From: Planctomycetota bacterium
Lineage (GTDB): Bacteria; Planctomycetota; UBA8108; UBA1146
NCBI GenBank assembly: GCA_036125855.1
Contig: JAYZTT010000009.1
Span: 7,194-71,193, forward strand
Reading direction: 5' to 3'
DNA length: 64,000 nt
This document shows, piece by piece, positions 1-10,408 of the stretch. The position numbers and the translations under genes are program-made. How positions within the stretch are numbered: position 1 is the first letter of the stretch; each line of letters begins with the position of its first letter. The notes beneath the pieces are model-generated. The model searched no databases. It saw only the letters and a program-made list of their open reading frames with translations, and was not told the DNA's origin.

Positions 1-144
1 GGCCAGCAGAAGGACGCAACGAGTCAGGAACTCGGCACTATCAGGTCATATCGACCTAAAGCGAGGCGTAGACAGGCCAAAATTGGCCCCTGAAGCGTGC
101 AGAAAGGGATAATTGCTATCGCTGCATCGCGGTCACCGGACGAC

Positions 145-1701
145 TCAATCGAGTTCGATTCCGTAACCCTTCAGAATCGTCCCTGTCGCGTTGCGATAGG
201 CAGCGATCGCCTTGCGCAGGCGAACCTGTGCCTGCAGTTCGGAGACCTGAGCCTGGAGCAGGCTGTTCTGCACCTGCAGAACCTGGTAGGCGGTCGACAC
301 CCCCACCTCCAACCGTCTCGTCTCGCCATCGAGTTCCTCGCGGCGCAGGTGAGTCGCGGCAGCGTTGGTCTCAACGCTCTGACGAGCACTCTGCAGCTCG
401 CGCACGGCCCGGGTCACTTCCAACACGATGCCATGGGATGCCTGGTCCCGTGAGATTTGAGCCATCCGCAGGTCTTCACGCGACTGCAACAGACGATTGC
501 GGGCAGCCCGGTTGCCGAGCGGAATTTCAAAGTTCAAACCGGCACTCCAGTTGTAATCCTCGCCAATGTTGGACCAGGAACCATCGAAGGAGATGTCGTT
601 ACCCGGTTGGGTCCAGCCCCCATCGAGAGTCAGGCTCGGCTTCAACTGGTCCTCACTGAGGCGCAGTTGATCCTCGCTGTTGGCAATCTGGAGGTCTTGC
701 TGAACCAGTTCCAGCCGACTCGCCAGCGCCATCTGCACCGCATCACTCATCTCCACCGGGAACTCCGCCAGCTCGAGGGGCGTGGTGGGCACCACCTCGA
801 CATCCCGAAACAGCGGGCCGGAGTCTCCTCCGACGCGGAATCCGGGGGCGTTGATCTTGTCGAGTAACACGTCCTGGATATCCCGCAGCTGATTGACGGA
901 ATCGATGATGCCCGCCTTCTGGGTCTCGATGTTGGCCTCGGCACTGATGACATCGATTTCAGTACCGGTCCCCACCTCCAGGCGCCGGCGATTGATCTCC
1001 AGCAGTTCCCTCGCCTCGGCCAGGGCACTCTCCTGCACGGCGACGTTGCGCCGCGTGTAGACCAGATCCCAGTAGGACCCCACCACCGAAGCGACGGTGG
1101 TTTCGACCGATCTGCGGGTCGCCAGACGGGACGCCAGGGCGTTTCGCACCGCCACTCGTAAGGAGGTCTCGGTGATATCGCGACCGAAGCCGCGCAGCAG
1201 CGGCTGGCTCAACGACAGCTGATAGGCGCCGCGGTAATTGAGCGGGCTGAAGAACTCACTGGTGGATGAGGATTCGAAGCGACTGCCATTGAGTCGAACG
1301 TTCCAGGTGGTGCCGTAACGAAGTTGCCCCGACAGGCCGAGGAAATAGTTGCGGTTATCCTGCTCGATCTGCTGCCCCACCTCGGCACCTTCGATGATGC
1401 TGGTCGAGGTGGTGCTCGACTTGCTGATGGTGTATCCGGTCCGAAACAGCGGATCAAACGCAGCTTCGGCGATGAGCGGATCCCACTGGTTGCGCCGCTC
1501 GCCGATGCGTTGGATCTCGAGATCGAGGTTGTGATCGAGAGCCAGGCCGATGGCATCGTCCAGACTCAAATCCAGCGATTCACTGCCGACCGATGTCGAC
1601 ACCTCACTGTCGACGATGGCGGAGATCGCATCTTTGTCCTGAGCGACAATTGCTGGACTGAAGATCATGAGTAGCAAGGCACAGCGAAACGAAACAACCA
1701 T
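145..1701 (-). CDS. TolC-family outer membrane efflux protein
   Basis: Signal peptide; LSLDDAIGLALDHNLDL N-terminal motif; two OEP-type helical repeats; LNFEIPL strand; ends with YRNATG. Confidence 0.9.
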   Translation of the reverse strand: MVVSFRCALLLMIFSPAIVAQDKDAISAIVDSEVSTSVGSESLDLSLDDAIGLALDHNLDLEIQRIGERRNQWDPLIAEAAFDPLFRTGYTISKSSTTSTSIIEGAEVGQQIEQDNRNYFLGLSGQLRYGTTWNVRLNGSRFESSSTSEFFSPLNYRGAYQLSLSQPLLRGFGRDITETSLRVAVRNALASRLATRRSVETTVASVVGSYWDLVYTRRNVAVQESALAEARELLEINRRRLEVGTGTEIDVISAEANIETQKAGIIDSVNQLRDIQDVLLDKINAPGFRVGGDSGPLFRDVEVVPTTPLELAEFPVEMSDAVQMALASRLELVQQDLQIANSEDQLRLSEDQLKPSLTLDGGWTQPGNDISFDGSWSNIGEDYNWSAGLNFEIPLGNRAARNRLLQSREDLRMAQISRDQASHGIVLEVTRAVRELQSARQSVETNAAATHLRREELDGETRRLEVGVSTAYQVLQVQNSLLQAQVSELQAQVRLRKAIAAYRNATGTILKGYGIELD

Positions 1702-1812
1702 GGTGAACTCCTGGACGAAAACCCCTCGCTACCGGCGAGGTCACAAGGACCACGATCACCGGTAGCGAGGGATGATAGGCCAGAAGCCCAATTGAGCAAG
1801 AGGTACGATCGA

Positions 1813-2589
1813 TCAGGAACCGATAACGATACGGTCTCGTTTCTGCTCGTCCCACCCGATGGGACGGGGTCGCATCCTCTGGACCACCATCGGAATCCAG
1901 TGCATTGCGGCCAGCACGCTCAACGTGATCAGCGATACGATCACCAGCAGGACCAGGGCTCTTCCCGCATCCGCCTCGTAGAAGCGCTGCAAGAACCAGC
2001 CATTGCTGAAGGCGCCGAACTTCAACCCGAGCCAGTGCGCTCCCTCGAGCAGGGCGATCACACCGCCACCGACCAGCAAGGCACAACCGGTCTCGCGAGG
2101 TCTGAGACCGGCGGCCAGGACCATCGATCCGAGCCAGGCCAGCGTCCACCAGGAGATCAATCCGGTACCGAGCCACGCAAAGGGGCTCACAAGAACCGTC
2201 GTCAGCAGGGTCCCGATGCCCTTCTCGTAGGCATGCGAGAGGGTTTCCGGATCGGGCACTGTCGCGGCCGCTACCGGCAACAACAACACCACCGAAACGA
2301 AAGCCGCGAACAGCACCAGCAGGCGAAACGCCGTCGCCAGCGGCACACCAATCCGTTTGACCGGGCATTCCCCTTCGACCAGAAAGGGCGTGTCATCACG
2401 CCACGGTGACAGCCGGATGATGGGTGTCGCCGTCGCCAGGCAGGCGAGGGTTCGGGCCAGGCTGTCGGGCAGCAAGCCCGGGGAAAGGGCCAGCTTGACC
2501 GGACCTCGGGTCAGCAGATCACCACGTAATCGACCGACTCCGTAGAGTGTCACCAGAAGTAGGAGCAGCAATATCGCCATCAGGATCAT
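1813..2589 (-). CDS. Hypothetical multi-pass membrane protein
   Basis: Several hydrophobic segments; GGAGG ribosome-binding site 6 nt upstream of ATG; co-oriented downstream of parB. Confidence 0.65.
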   Translation of the reverse strand: MILMAILLLLLLVTLYGVGRLRGDLLTRGPVKLALSPGLLPDSLARTLACLATATPIIRLSPWRDDTPFLVEGECPVKRIGVPLATAFRLLVLFAAFVSVVLLLPVAAATVPDPETLSHAYEKGIGTLLTTVLVSPFAWLGTGLISWWTLAWLGSMVLAAGLRPRETGCALLVGGGVIALLEGAHWLGLKFGAFSNGWFLQRFYEADAGRALVLLVIVSLITLSVLAAMHWIPMVVQRMRPRPIGWDEQKRDRIVIGS

Positions 2590-2673
2590 CGGAATCCTCC
2601 ATGTGGATGGAGTGCCCGGAAGAGGTTCTGAAGTATTTCATCTTCACCCCCATCCACGCCAATCCAGAAGCGA

Positions 2674-3603
2674 TCAGTTGCGCTTTCCCCCGACCACGAT
2701 GCGAGCGATCCGGTCATAATCTTCATGTGAGAAGAACTCGATGACGATCTTTCCGCGCCCTTTTGGGCCGGTATTCAGCACCGCCACCTTGGTACCCAGT
2801 ATCTGGCCAAGCCGTTCTTCTTCCGCGATTACGTGGGTTTCAGCCCCACTGGCGTTCTTTTTTCCTGCCTTTTTCTTTCCAGAAGGTGTCGAACCCTGGG
2901 ATTTTCCACCTCGAAGTGCTTCATCCAGATCTCGAACTGTCCATTTATTAGACAACACCTTCTTGAACCACTGCTTGCGCAACTTCGAGTCGCTCACGGA
3001 AAGCAACAGCTTGGCGTGACCGGCACTGATGATTCGTTGGATCAGGCTGTCCTGAATCTGCGGCTCCAGATCGAGGAAGCGCAGGGAATTGGCAATACTG
3101 GATCGCTTCTTCCGCACCTGCTTGGCCAGTTGCTCCTGGGTCCAGCCGAAGGACTCCTGCAAGGCACGATAGGCCCGCGCCAGTTCAATCGGATTGAGAT
3201 CCTCACGCTGGATATTTTCGGCCAGAGCCAACGGCAACATCTGATCGTCATCGATGTCCCGAACCAGCACTGGAACCTGGTCGAGGCCCGCCTGCTGGGC
3301 GGCCCGCAATCGTCGCTCTCCCGCCACCAACTCGAAACCACCCTTGCCGTCATCGCGAACCACCAGCGGCTGCAAGATGCCATCGGCAGAAACAGAGCGA
3401 GCCAGCTCCTCGATCGCCTCGTCATCAAAGTGACTACGCGGTTGATCCCGATTGGCATGGATCCGCGCTGGATCGATCAGAACCACCTCGGCGCGCTCCG
3501 CCATGCCCGCATCGGTCGAGCCGTCACCAGATCCGTCGGTCGGGGTCGCCTGGCTACGCCGAATCAGCGCTTCAAGCCCACGTCCCAGTTTCCGTCCACT
3601 CAT
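2674..3603 (-). CDS. parB: Chromosome partitioning protein ParB (Spo0J)
   Basis: LGRGLEALI N-terminus, QPRSHF, GILQPLVVR, AGERRLRAA CTP-binding motif, ENIQREDL, HTH region. Confidence 0.97.
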   Translation of the reverse strand: MSGRKLGRGLEALIRRSQATPTDGSGDGSTDAGMAERAEVVLIDPARIHANRDQPRSHFDDEAIEELARSVSADGILQPLVVRDDGKGGFELVAGERRLRAAQQAGLDQVPVLVRDIDDDQMLPLALAENIQREDLNPIELARAYRALQESFGWTQEQLAKQVRKKRSSIANSLRFLDLEPQIQDSLIQRIISAGHAKLLLSVSDSKLRKQWFKKVLSNKWTVRDLDEALRGGKSQGSTPSGKKKAGKKNASGAETHVIAEEERLGQILGTKVAVLNTGPKGRGKIVIEFFSHEDYDRIARIVVGGKRN

Positions 3604-4375
3604 GTTCGAGGACCTCCTTCGCGAGGTTTAAGTAGGACCAGGCTCCTGCAGAGCGCGGGTCATAGAGACAAATTGGTTGGCCATGACTCGAAGCCTCGGC
3701 CAGGGCTGGATCGCGGAGGATCGGTGTATTGAGGGTTTCGTCGGGAAAGAATCGACGCACCTCTTCGGCCACTTCGTGGCAAAGCTCGATTTCAGGGCTG
3801 AACAGGGTCAGCACCAGGCCCTCCAGGGGGATCTCCCGCTGATGGCTTTCCTGTGCCCGACGAACCGCCTCGAGCACCTGCGCCAGGCCTTCCATTGCGA
3901 AGTACTCGCACTGCACCGGAACCAGCACAGAATCCGCCAGCTGCAGCGCCAGATCGGTCAGAGGTCCAAGCGATGGGGGACAATCGAGGATCACCATCGC
4001 CAGTTCATCCTGGGCGACCTGTTTCCATGACTCCCGTAGCTGTCGGGCTCCCTGACCCCTAGCCATCGCCTGGGTCAAAGCGCTGATCGGGTGAGTGCTA
4101 CTCGGCAGGCAACTCAATCCATCGACCGAGGTTTCTGCCACGAGATCTTGCCATGCATGCGATCCATCGAGAATCGGTGGCAATGGCGAGTGGGGGGGAG
4201 GCTCAAGACCGAGACCGGAACTGGCATTGGCCTGAGGATCGAGATCGACCAGCAAGCAGCGCTGGCCCGCCCGGGCCAGGTAGGCGGCCAGATTGATGGC
4301 AGTCGTGGTCTTTCCCACTCCGCCTTTTTGACTGGCAATTGCCATGATTCTGGCCATCGGTGGCATTCTCCTCAT
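3572..4375 (-). CDS. parA: Chromosome partitioning ATPase ParA (Soj); true start may be a few codons downstream
   Basis: Deviant Walker A QKGGVGKTT, DLDPQANAS, DCPPSLG, PVQCEYFAMEG; overlaps parB start. Confidence 0.97.
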   Translation of the reverse strand: MRRMPPMARIMAIASQKGGVGKTTTAINLAAYLARAGQRCLLVDLDPQANASSGLGLEPPPHSPLPPILDGSHAWQDLVAETSVDGLSCLPSSTHPISALTQAMARGQGARQLRESWKQVAQDELAMVILDCPPSLGPLTDLALQLADSVLVPVQCEYFAMEGLAQVLEAVRRAQESHQREIPLEGLVLTLFSPEIELCHEVAEEVRRFFPDETLNTPILRDPALAEASSHGQPICLYDPRSAGAWSYLNLAKEVLEHEWTETGTWA

Positions 4376-4452
4376 CCCAGGGTCCGACCCAGGGGAGGGT
4401 ATACCTGTGGTCGCTCAGAGACAAGTCGCCCGACCCGGCCAGTGGCACAGAT

Positions 4453-4468
4453 TGTTCCCCGTGGAACC
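4453..4468. promoter_or_regulatory. parS-like site (TGTTCCCCGTGGAACC)
   Basis: 14/16 match to TGTTCCACGTGGAACA, directly upstream of parA. Confidence 0.75.
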
Positions 4469-4496
4469 TTTGGCGGCTCAGCTCCCTGGAAAACAC

Positions 4497-4512
4497 TGTT
4501 CCCCGTGGAACA
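4497..4512. promoter_or_regulatory. parS-like site (TGTTCCCCGTGGAACA)
   Basis: 15/16 match to TGTTCCACGTGGAACA, 44 bp from the first copy. Confidence 0.85.
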
Positions 4513-4629
4513 TAGTCCGATAATGTGTATTGGAAGGAAATTCTTCCAGGACCCTTCCTCCCCTTTTTCTTTTTCAGGAAGCCACTAGAATCCAGCGACG
4601 TCGAGGCAAACCGTACCGAGGGAATCGAA

Positions 4630-5352
4630 GTGCGAATCGCAGTCATTTCAGACATCCATGGCAATGAAGAGGCTCTCGATGCCGTCTTCGAGTTTCTCGA
4701 TGGCGCCGAGATTGACCGGACACTTTGTCTCGGCGATGTGGTGGGCTACGGTCCGGCACCTTCTCAATGCCTCGCCAAGGTCCAGGAACGGTGCGACGTC
4801 ATCGTCGCCGGCAATCACGAACATGCGATTCTTGATCTGCTCGATATCGATTACTTCAATCCGCTGGCGCGCCAGGCAACCCTCTGGACCCGATCCGTCC
4901 TGACCGAAGCCGAACTCGATTCCATCCGCAGCTGGCCGCTGGTTCATCACGAAGAGGACTTCAGCCTGGTTCACGGCAGCCTCGATCAACCGGACCTGTT
5001 CGATTACATCCAGACCACCTGGGATGCTCACCTGTCGTTTCAGCAGTTGCAGACGCCGATCTGCTTCATCGGCCACTCTCATGTCCCGATCGCATTCCTG
5101 CTCACCGACACGATTCACTACAACACAGAGGATACGATTCAGGTCCATGACGGACTGCAGGCGATCGTGAATGTCGGCAGTGTCGGTCAGCCGCGAGACG
5201 GCAACCCCGATTCCTGTACCGTCATCTATGACCTGGAAAAGAACCAAATCGAACGCCACCGGATCGCCTACGACATCGAAGCAGTACAGCAAAAGATCGC
5301 CGATTGTGGCTTGCCGGGATTCCTCGCCGAACGGCTATCTGAGGGTCGTTAA
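4630..5352 (+). CDS. Metallophosphoesterase (calcineurin-like) family protein
   Basis: SDIHGN, LGDVVGYG, GNHE, VHGS, GHSH, NVGSVGQPRDG motifs; GTG start at 4630 preferred over the ORF-track start at 4525. Confidence 0.92.
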   Translation: MRIAVISDIHGNEEALDAVFEFLDGAEIDRTLCLGDVVGYGPAPSQCLAKVQERCDVIVAGNHEHAILDLLDIDYFNPLARQATLWTRSVLTEAELDSIRSWPLVHHEEDFSLVHGSLDQPDLFDYIQTTWDAHLSFQQLQTPICFIGHSHVPIAFLLTDTIHYNTEDTIQVHDGLQAIVNVGSVGQPRDGNPDSCTVIYDLEKNQIERHRIAYDIEAVQQKIADCGLPGFLAERLSEGR

Positions 5353-5604
5353 CCGCCAGTAGATTCGTAGAAGCCGTAACTTGAGGGGTGATGGGTTCAC
5401 GGTTTCGTCTCGCCGGAGCCTGGTCGATGGGTGCCTGGTGGCCGCGGAAATCCCACGTTCTTCCACAGACGATCGGCATCACGTTCACGGGAATTCTCGG
5501 ATCGATATCTGCCAATTTGTACAGCGCCGGCAGGAGAAACGAAAGAGCGCTCGGGCACCGTTACCGATGACCTGACCAGGCTCGATCAAGTACCGGTCCG
5601 AAGA

Positions 5605-5847
5605 CTACTCTTCTGGTGTCTCGGTCCGCTCGGTGGGGGGGGTCGCCGGCGGCTCGATGGTCTTGTTGACCTCGTCCTCGGTGCTCTTGATGCCCTTTTT
5701 GAACTCGGTCACACCTCGACCCAGGTTCCTCATCACCGAGGGCAAACGACTGCCAAAGAGCAGCAGCATGATGAGCGCTATGACGACCATCTCCGTTGGT
5801 CCCAAGTTGAGGAACGCCGGTACCAGGAACGGGGCGGTGTATGTCAT
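5605..5847 (-). CDS. tatA: Twin-arginine translocase subunit TatA/E
   Basis: LGPTEMVVIALIMLLLFGSRLP helix, amphipathic LGRGVTEFKKG; GGAGG ribosome-binding site. Confidence 0.95.
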   Translation of the reverse strand: MTYTAPFLVPAFLNLGPTEMVVIALIMLLLFGSRLPSVMRNLGRGVTEFKKGIKSTEDEVNKTIEPPATPPTERTETPEE

Positions 5848-6013
5848 GTAGATCCTCCAGTGGAGTCCCCCTCAAATCACGATTGTCACCGCGATGAAAG
5901 CGACTTTGCGCCTGACGAAACTCGACGCCCTTTCGGGGCTCTACCCGATTCTAGTGGGGAGGAGAGGCCATGGGCAAGTCGAGCGAACGAAATATTAGCG
6001 GAGCGGAGCGGTC

Positions 6014-6634
6014 CTAGGGGGCAACCTGACCACACAAGATGGAGCTGATCTGCAGTGCCAGCTTGCCCAGCATCGCCCCTTCTAGCTCCTTTTCCGAGCT
6101 CTCAAAGGAGATAAAGATGCGCCCGGATTCCGGGTTTTCAGGCACCCTGATATCGAATTCTCGGCGCAGTACCGGGCGCCCCGCTGGCACCAGAAACAGC
6201 TCCCAGTAGCCCTGGATGCGCCCCTGTAGCATCCCGGGGCTGCGCGGATCCTGGAAGGTGATCCGATCGATCCGACCGGTCAACACATGGGATGCCCGCG
6301 CCTCGGTGCCGATCTCCCCCCACGGCACCTGATCGTCGTCGGTGTGGAACACCCGATCTGCAATCACCTGATCAGACACCACTGCAACCGCAGCACATTC
6401 ACTGGAAACCTGGAGGCGAATCGCCCGGGCCAGGGCGATCCCGGTCGGTGATTCGTAATGCCAGCGCAACACGCCACTGTTCGCTGGCCTGTGCTGAAAT
6501 GGAATGACCAGCAGCTGCGAGTGCCCGAGGTCATATTCTGGATCGAGACGTTGCTCGGGAGTACTGGAACATCCCGCGAGACAAACCAGCATCGCGAATC
6601 CACTGACCAGAATCCATCGGTTGGTAGCGCACAT
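6014..6634 (-). CDS. Hypothetical lipoprotein
   Basis: Start at MCATNRW (6634) gives a signal peptide with LAGC lipobox. Confidence 0.65.
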   Translation of the reverse strand: MCATNRWILVSGFAMLVCLAGCSSTPEQRLDPEYDLGHSQLLVIPFQHRPANSGVLRWHYESPTGIALARAIRLQVSSECAAVAVVSDQVIADRVFHTDDDQVPWGEIGTEARASHVLTGRIDRITFQDPRSPGMLQGRIQGYWELFLVPAGRPVLRREFDIRVPENPESGRIFISFESSEKELEGAMLGKLALQISSILCGQVAP

Positions 6635-6992
6635 CGGAAGAACCCTTTCCCGGTAGCTCAATGGCAGTAACAGCACCGCTGAATGATACGGCCTGAGGAG
6701 TGTCAGGAGCAGCAAAGAAAAGGCCCGACCCGGACAAATTCCAGCAACTCCAGAAGACAGGAGGCTACCTGCGACTCGCTGTAGATGGAACGTCATCGAC
6801 CATTCAGGCACCACAATCACCCCTCAACGGCTCTCTCTTGCCGTGGGTCCGACGGTCGCTCGAGGCAACCCATCGAAACTTCCTGGATTCCATTGCGCCA
6901 TTCCAGTACGGTGGCTCGGTGCACTTTGATTGTCCTGCCTGATTCTCTCGCTTCGTGTAATTTCCTGCAGTTCCCCGCAACTCCCAGAATGA

Positions 6993-8963
6993 GTGGTGGT
7001 CGTCATGTTTCCTGTAATTCACGCACTTTCCAACGTACGGGTCCTGATCCTGGTCTTCCTGCTGGTCGCCATGTCGGACTGGATCATGGAAAATATCGAT
7101 GTGATCCATGCCCAGGATCCTCCTGCCGACGCTCCGGCGGCTGGACAGGATCCTCCTGCGGATGCTCCTGCGGAGGGAAACGATCTGCTCGATGATGATC
7201 TGCTCGGTGATGATCTGCTCGGTGATGATCTGCTCGATGGATCGCCCGAGGACTCCGAGAGCGATGCGGATCCCTCCCCATCGACGGAGGAGATTCATGC
7301 GGAAATCTTCGCTGCGAGCAATTTTCCTTCTGCGGATGAATGCGCGCTCTGTCACCCCGTCCAGTACAAGCAATGGTCCGTCTCCCAGCATGCGTATTCA
7401 CAACTGAGCCCGCTGATGATGTCGATGCAAAATGCCATGAACGCCGGCACGAGCAGCACCAATGGTGATTTCTGCCTCCGCTGCCACGCCCCGGTAGGCT
7501 CCGACATGGGGGAGCCGTTCAGTATCTCGAACCTGGAGCGGCATCCTGCTTCGAGAGAGGGGATCACCTGTGTCACTTGCCACCGGATGAGTGCCCCTTA
7601 CCGCAAGGTCTCCGGCCGCCTCGGGATCGACAAGGGAGACATCTTCGACCCGATCAAGGGCCCCCTGGGAAATGATGAACTGAGCCGCATTCTCGACGAT
7701 CCCAGTACCTACAAGGTCAATACGGATCGCGAGGACGTCGGCCGTGCCATCCACGGCGAGGTCGAGAAGTTCCCGGAGATGTCAGATCCCACCTTCTGCG
7801 GCAGTTGCCACGAGGTGTTCGCTCCAAACGGACTGAGGGTCCATGAACTGCTCAGCGAATACCGAAATTCTCCTGCTGCCGAGCAAGGGATCACCTGTAA
7901 CGACTGCCACATGGGCCAGGAACAGGGAATCCCGAGCGGCTACGATGTCGGACCCGCAGCGGAGGTCGATGGAATTCCAACGGCCGATCGGAAACTGACC
8001 AATCACTTCTTTGCCGGTCCAGATTACTCGCTGATCCATCCGGGAATCTTCCCCGTCAACCGGGATGCCAACAAACTCAAGTCACTCTCCGAGTGGCTTC
8101 TGTTCGACGTCGAGGCCGGCTGGGGTACCCTGGAATTCGAGGACAACTGTCCAGAGGATTACGAGTTCCCCGAAGCGTGGACATCCATCGATGACAGGGA
8201 GGCTGCCCGGGCCATCATCGAGGAGCAACTGGGGTTGCTCGACTGGGCCAAGGAGCAACGAATCGCCGTCCTGAAGCGAGGTTTCGGACTGTCTGACATC
8301 CGGGTGACCTCCGCCAGCGCCGACGGCATCGACCTCGAGCTCGATGTCAAGAATTTGACGTCCGGCCACAACCTGCCGACCGGGTTTGATGCCGAGAGGC
8401 TTTTTGTCATCCAGATCGAGGTCAGGGATTCCCGTGGAGAGCTGGTGTTCGTCTCCGGGGATCGGGATCCCAATGGAGATGTCAGGGATAGCTTCTCGCT
8501 CTATGTCCGTAGTGGTGAGGTCGAGCTGGATGAACAGCTGTTCAACCTTCAATCCAAGTTCATGTCGAGAAATATCCGGGGTGGGGACCGAGAGCAGGTA
8601 TTGACCATCAACAGCTCCGTGTCGGCTCTTCCCTTCATCCGGCCCGCTTCGAGGCCCAACAACATCTACGGACATCCGAAGGGGATGAGAAAACACCGGA
8701 GAGGGATCGAGCCACTCGGTCACAGAACCGCTAGCTATCATGTCAGCGGCGAACAGCTCACCGGGCACGGCCCCTACTCTGTCGTTGCTCGTTTCATTTC
8801 CCAGGCGGTTCCCGTCAATCTGATCCATCAGACGATGCATGTCGGATTCGATTACGGCATCTCACCACGAGAACTGGCAAAGCGCCTCGTCGATGGTGCG
8901 GTGGTGGTGGCGGAAAAAACCACGGAAGTGATGGTTCCACAGGGCAAAGGTGATGGATCATGA
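6993..8963 (+). CDS. Pentaheme c-type cytochrome (c554/c552-like core with C-terminal beta-rich domain)
   Basis: Five CxxCH motifs (CALCH, CLRCH, CVTCH, CGSCH, CNDCH); N-terminal hydrophobic export segment; acidic repeat linker. Confidence 0.9.
   Translation: MVVVMFPVIHALSNVRVLILVFLLVAMSDWIMENIDVIHAQDPPADAPAAGQDPPADAPAEGNDLLDDDLLGDDLLGDDLLDGSPEDSESDADPSPSTEEIHAEIFAASNFPSADECALCHPVQYKQWSVSQHAYSQLSPLMMSMQNAMNAGTSSTNGDFCLRCHAPVGSDMGEPFSISNLERHPASREGITCVTCHRMSAPYRKVSGRLGIDKGDIFDPIKGPLGNDELSRILDDPSTYKVNTDREDVGRAIHGEVEKFPEMSDPTFCGSCHEVFAPNGLRVHELLSEYRNSPAAEQGITCNDCHMGQEQGIPSGYDVGPAAEVDGIPTADRKLTNHFFAGPDYSLIHPGIFPVNRDANKLKSLSEWLLFDVEAGWGTLEFEDNCPEDYEFPEAWTSIDDREAARAIIEEQLGLLDWAKEQRIAVLKRGFGLSDIRVTSASADGIDLELDVKNLTSGHNLPTGFDAERLFVIQIEVRDSRGELVFVSGDRDPNGDVRDSFSLYVRSGEVELDEQLFNLQSKFMSRNIRGGDREQVLTINSSVSALPFIRPASRPNNIYGHPKGMRKHRRGIEPLGHRTASYHVSGEQLTGHGPYSVVARFISQAVPVNLIHQTMHVGFDYGISPRELAKRLVDGAVVVAEKTTEVMVPQGKGDGS
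7113..7241 (+). repeat. Coding tandem repeats: 2 x 33 bp (QDPPADAPAxG) then 4 x 15 bp (DLL[D/G][D/G])
   Basis: caggatcctcctgc units at 7113 and 7146; gatctgctcg units at 7182, 7197, 7212, 7227. Confidence 0.9.
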
Positions 8964-10405
8964 ATCCATTCTCGAACGCCACATCGAGGCCAACATCTTC
9001 TCGACTCGTCGTCAGCACCACAGCTCTGAAGCAAGGGGCGATGCTGTGCATCGTCCTGATCCTGTTCAGCCAGCCGTGCTGGTCGCAGCAGGGGGAAAGC
9101 CCCAGCAGGCTACCGGATCAGCCAATTCCCCTGATTCCCGAGGATCAGATCAAGCCGACGCAACCGCTCCTGGAACTGGGGCCTGGATTTCTCGGAACCG
9201 GTCGACTGGGAAGAGGATTCGACATCCCAACGGGAGCCGTGTGGCGACCATCGTTGTGGGTCTATGGCAACCTGAGAAGCGGCATCAACGTGATCGATCC
9301 TGCCGGAAGCGATAACCGCACCATCGAGTGGGCCAATCGCATCGATCTGTTTGCAAACTTGCAGTTCACCGGTACCGAGCGAATTCTCCTGGGTTTGCAA
9401 CCGTTACAGGATCAGGGCCAGTTCACCCGCTACACCTTCGAACCGGAAGACAGCAAGGGCTGGTACGACAACACCAACCTCGAACTGACCACTTTTTTCT
9501 TCGAAGGTGAACTGACAGAGCTGTTCCCCGGCCTCGATCCAGCGGGAGACAAGAAACTGGATTACGGCTTCAGCATCGGCAGATGGACCGTCGACCTGCA
9601 GGATGGAATGCTGGTCAACGACAACGTGGATGCCTTTGGAGTCACTCGCTTCATCCCCTTTCCCGGGGCCTCCGGCATGCGATTGACGATGCTCTACGGC
9701 TGGGGCGAGCTCCATCGAGATGACAACAAATTATCGTTCGGTTCGAGGTTGTTCGGAATCTCGACCGAGACCGATACATACGCCCGGACGATAGACGCGG
9801 ACCTGATCGCTGTAACCGCGCCCAACGACCAGGGAGGCGATGGGATCTATGCTGGCCTCGGTTCCTCGCAACGCATCAAGAAGTGGGGGCGCACCTTCAA
9901 TACCACGATCCGCTGCTGTGTATCAGCGGCTACCGAACAGGACAATGATCAGGTCAGCGACGGCGTGCTGCTCTTTGCAGAAGCATCGACGACCCCATCG
10001 GGAACCGATGATAACGCCTATGGCACCCTGTTCCTCGGGATCGATGACTTCGCCTCGGCAGGACGAGCACCGGCCAAGGGAGGCCCCCTGGGAAAGGCGG
10101 GAATCCTCTTTGCGGCAGCGGGACTCGGTAGTTTCAAACCGGCTCTGGGTAACCGGGCGGATCGCTCCTTCGGCGGCGCCCTCGGCTACCAGTGGGTCCT
10201 CGATGGCGGTGAACAGAACTTCATCGTGGAGGTGGGCGGTCGAACACCCACCGAGGGGGACGATCCAGCTTCGGGAGCGATCGGAGTTCGCTTCCAGGAA
10301 AAGTTATCGCGCAGGGTCATGATCCAGTGTGACGGCTACACCAAGATGGATGAAGGCGGCGCAACCAACAATGGGATACGAACCGAATTTCTGGTTAGGT
10401 TTTGA
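8960..10405 (+). CDS. Putative outer-membrane beta-barrel (porin-like) protein
   Basis: Signal peptide; many alternating amphipathic strands rich in Gly and aromatics; C-terminal EFLVRF with terminal Phe; ATGA overlap with upstream cytochrome. Confidence 0.7.
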   Translation: MNPFSNATSRPTSSRLVVSTTALKQGAMLCIVLILFSQPCWSQQGESPSRLPDQPIPLIPEDQIKPTQPLLELGPGFLGTGRLGRGFDIPTGAVWRPSLWVYGNLRSGINVIDPAGSDNRTIEWANRIDLFANLQFTGTERILLGLQPLQDQGQFTRYTFEPEDSKGWYDNTNLELTTFFFEGELTELFPGLDPAGDKKLDYGFSIGRWTVDLQDGMLVNDNVDAFGVTRFIPFPGASGMRLTMLYGWGELHRDDNKLSFGSRLFGISTETDTYARTIDADLIAVTAPNDQGGDGIYAGLGSSQRIKKWGRTFNTTIRCCVSAATEQDNDQVSDGVLLFAEASTTPSGTDDNAYGTLFLGIDDFASAGRAPAKGGPLGKAGILFAAAGLGSFKPALGNRADRSFGGALGYQWVLDGGEQNFIVEVGGRTPTEGDDPASGAIGVRFQEKLSRRVMIQCDGYTKMDEGGATNNGIRTEFLVRF

Positions 10406-10408
10406 CGA

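Noticed and set aside
5353-5604. Short ORFs between the phosphoesterase and tatA
   Set aside because: No ribosome-binding site or recognisable protein features on either strand
7182-7241. Short repeats as a CRISPR array
   Set aside because: No spacers; in-frame coding repeats; no cas genes
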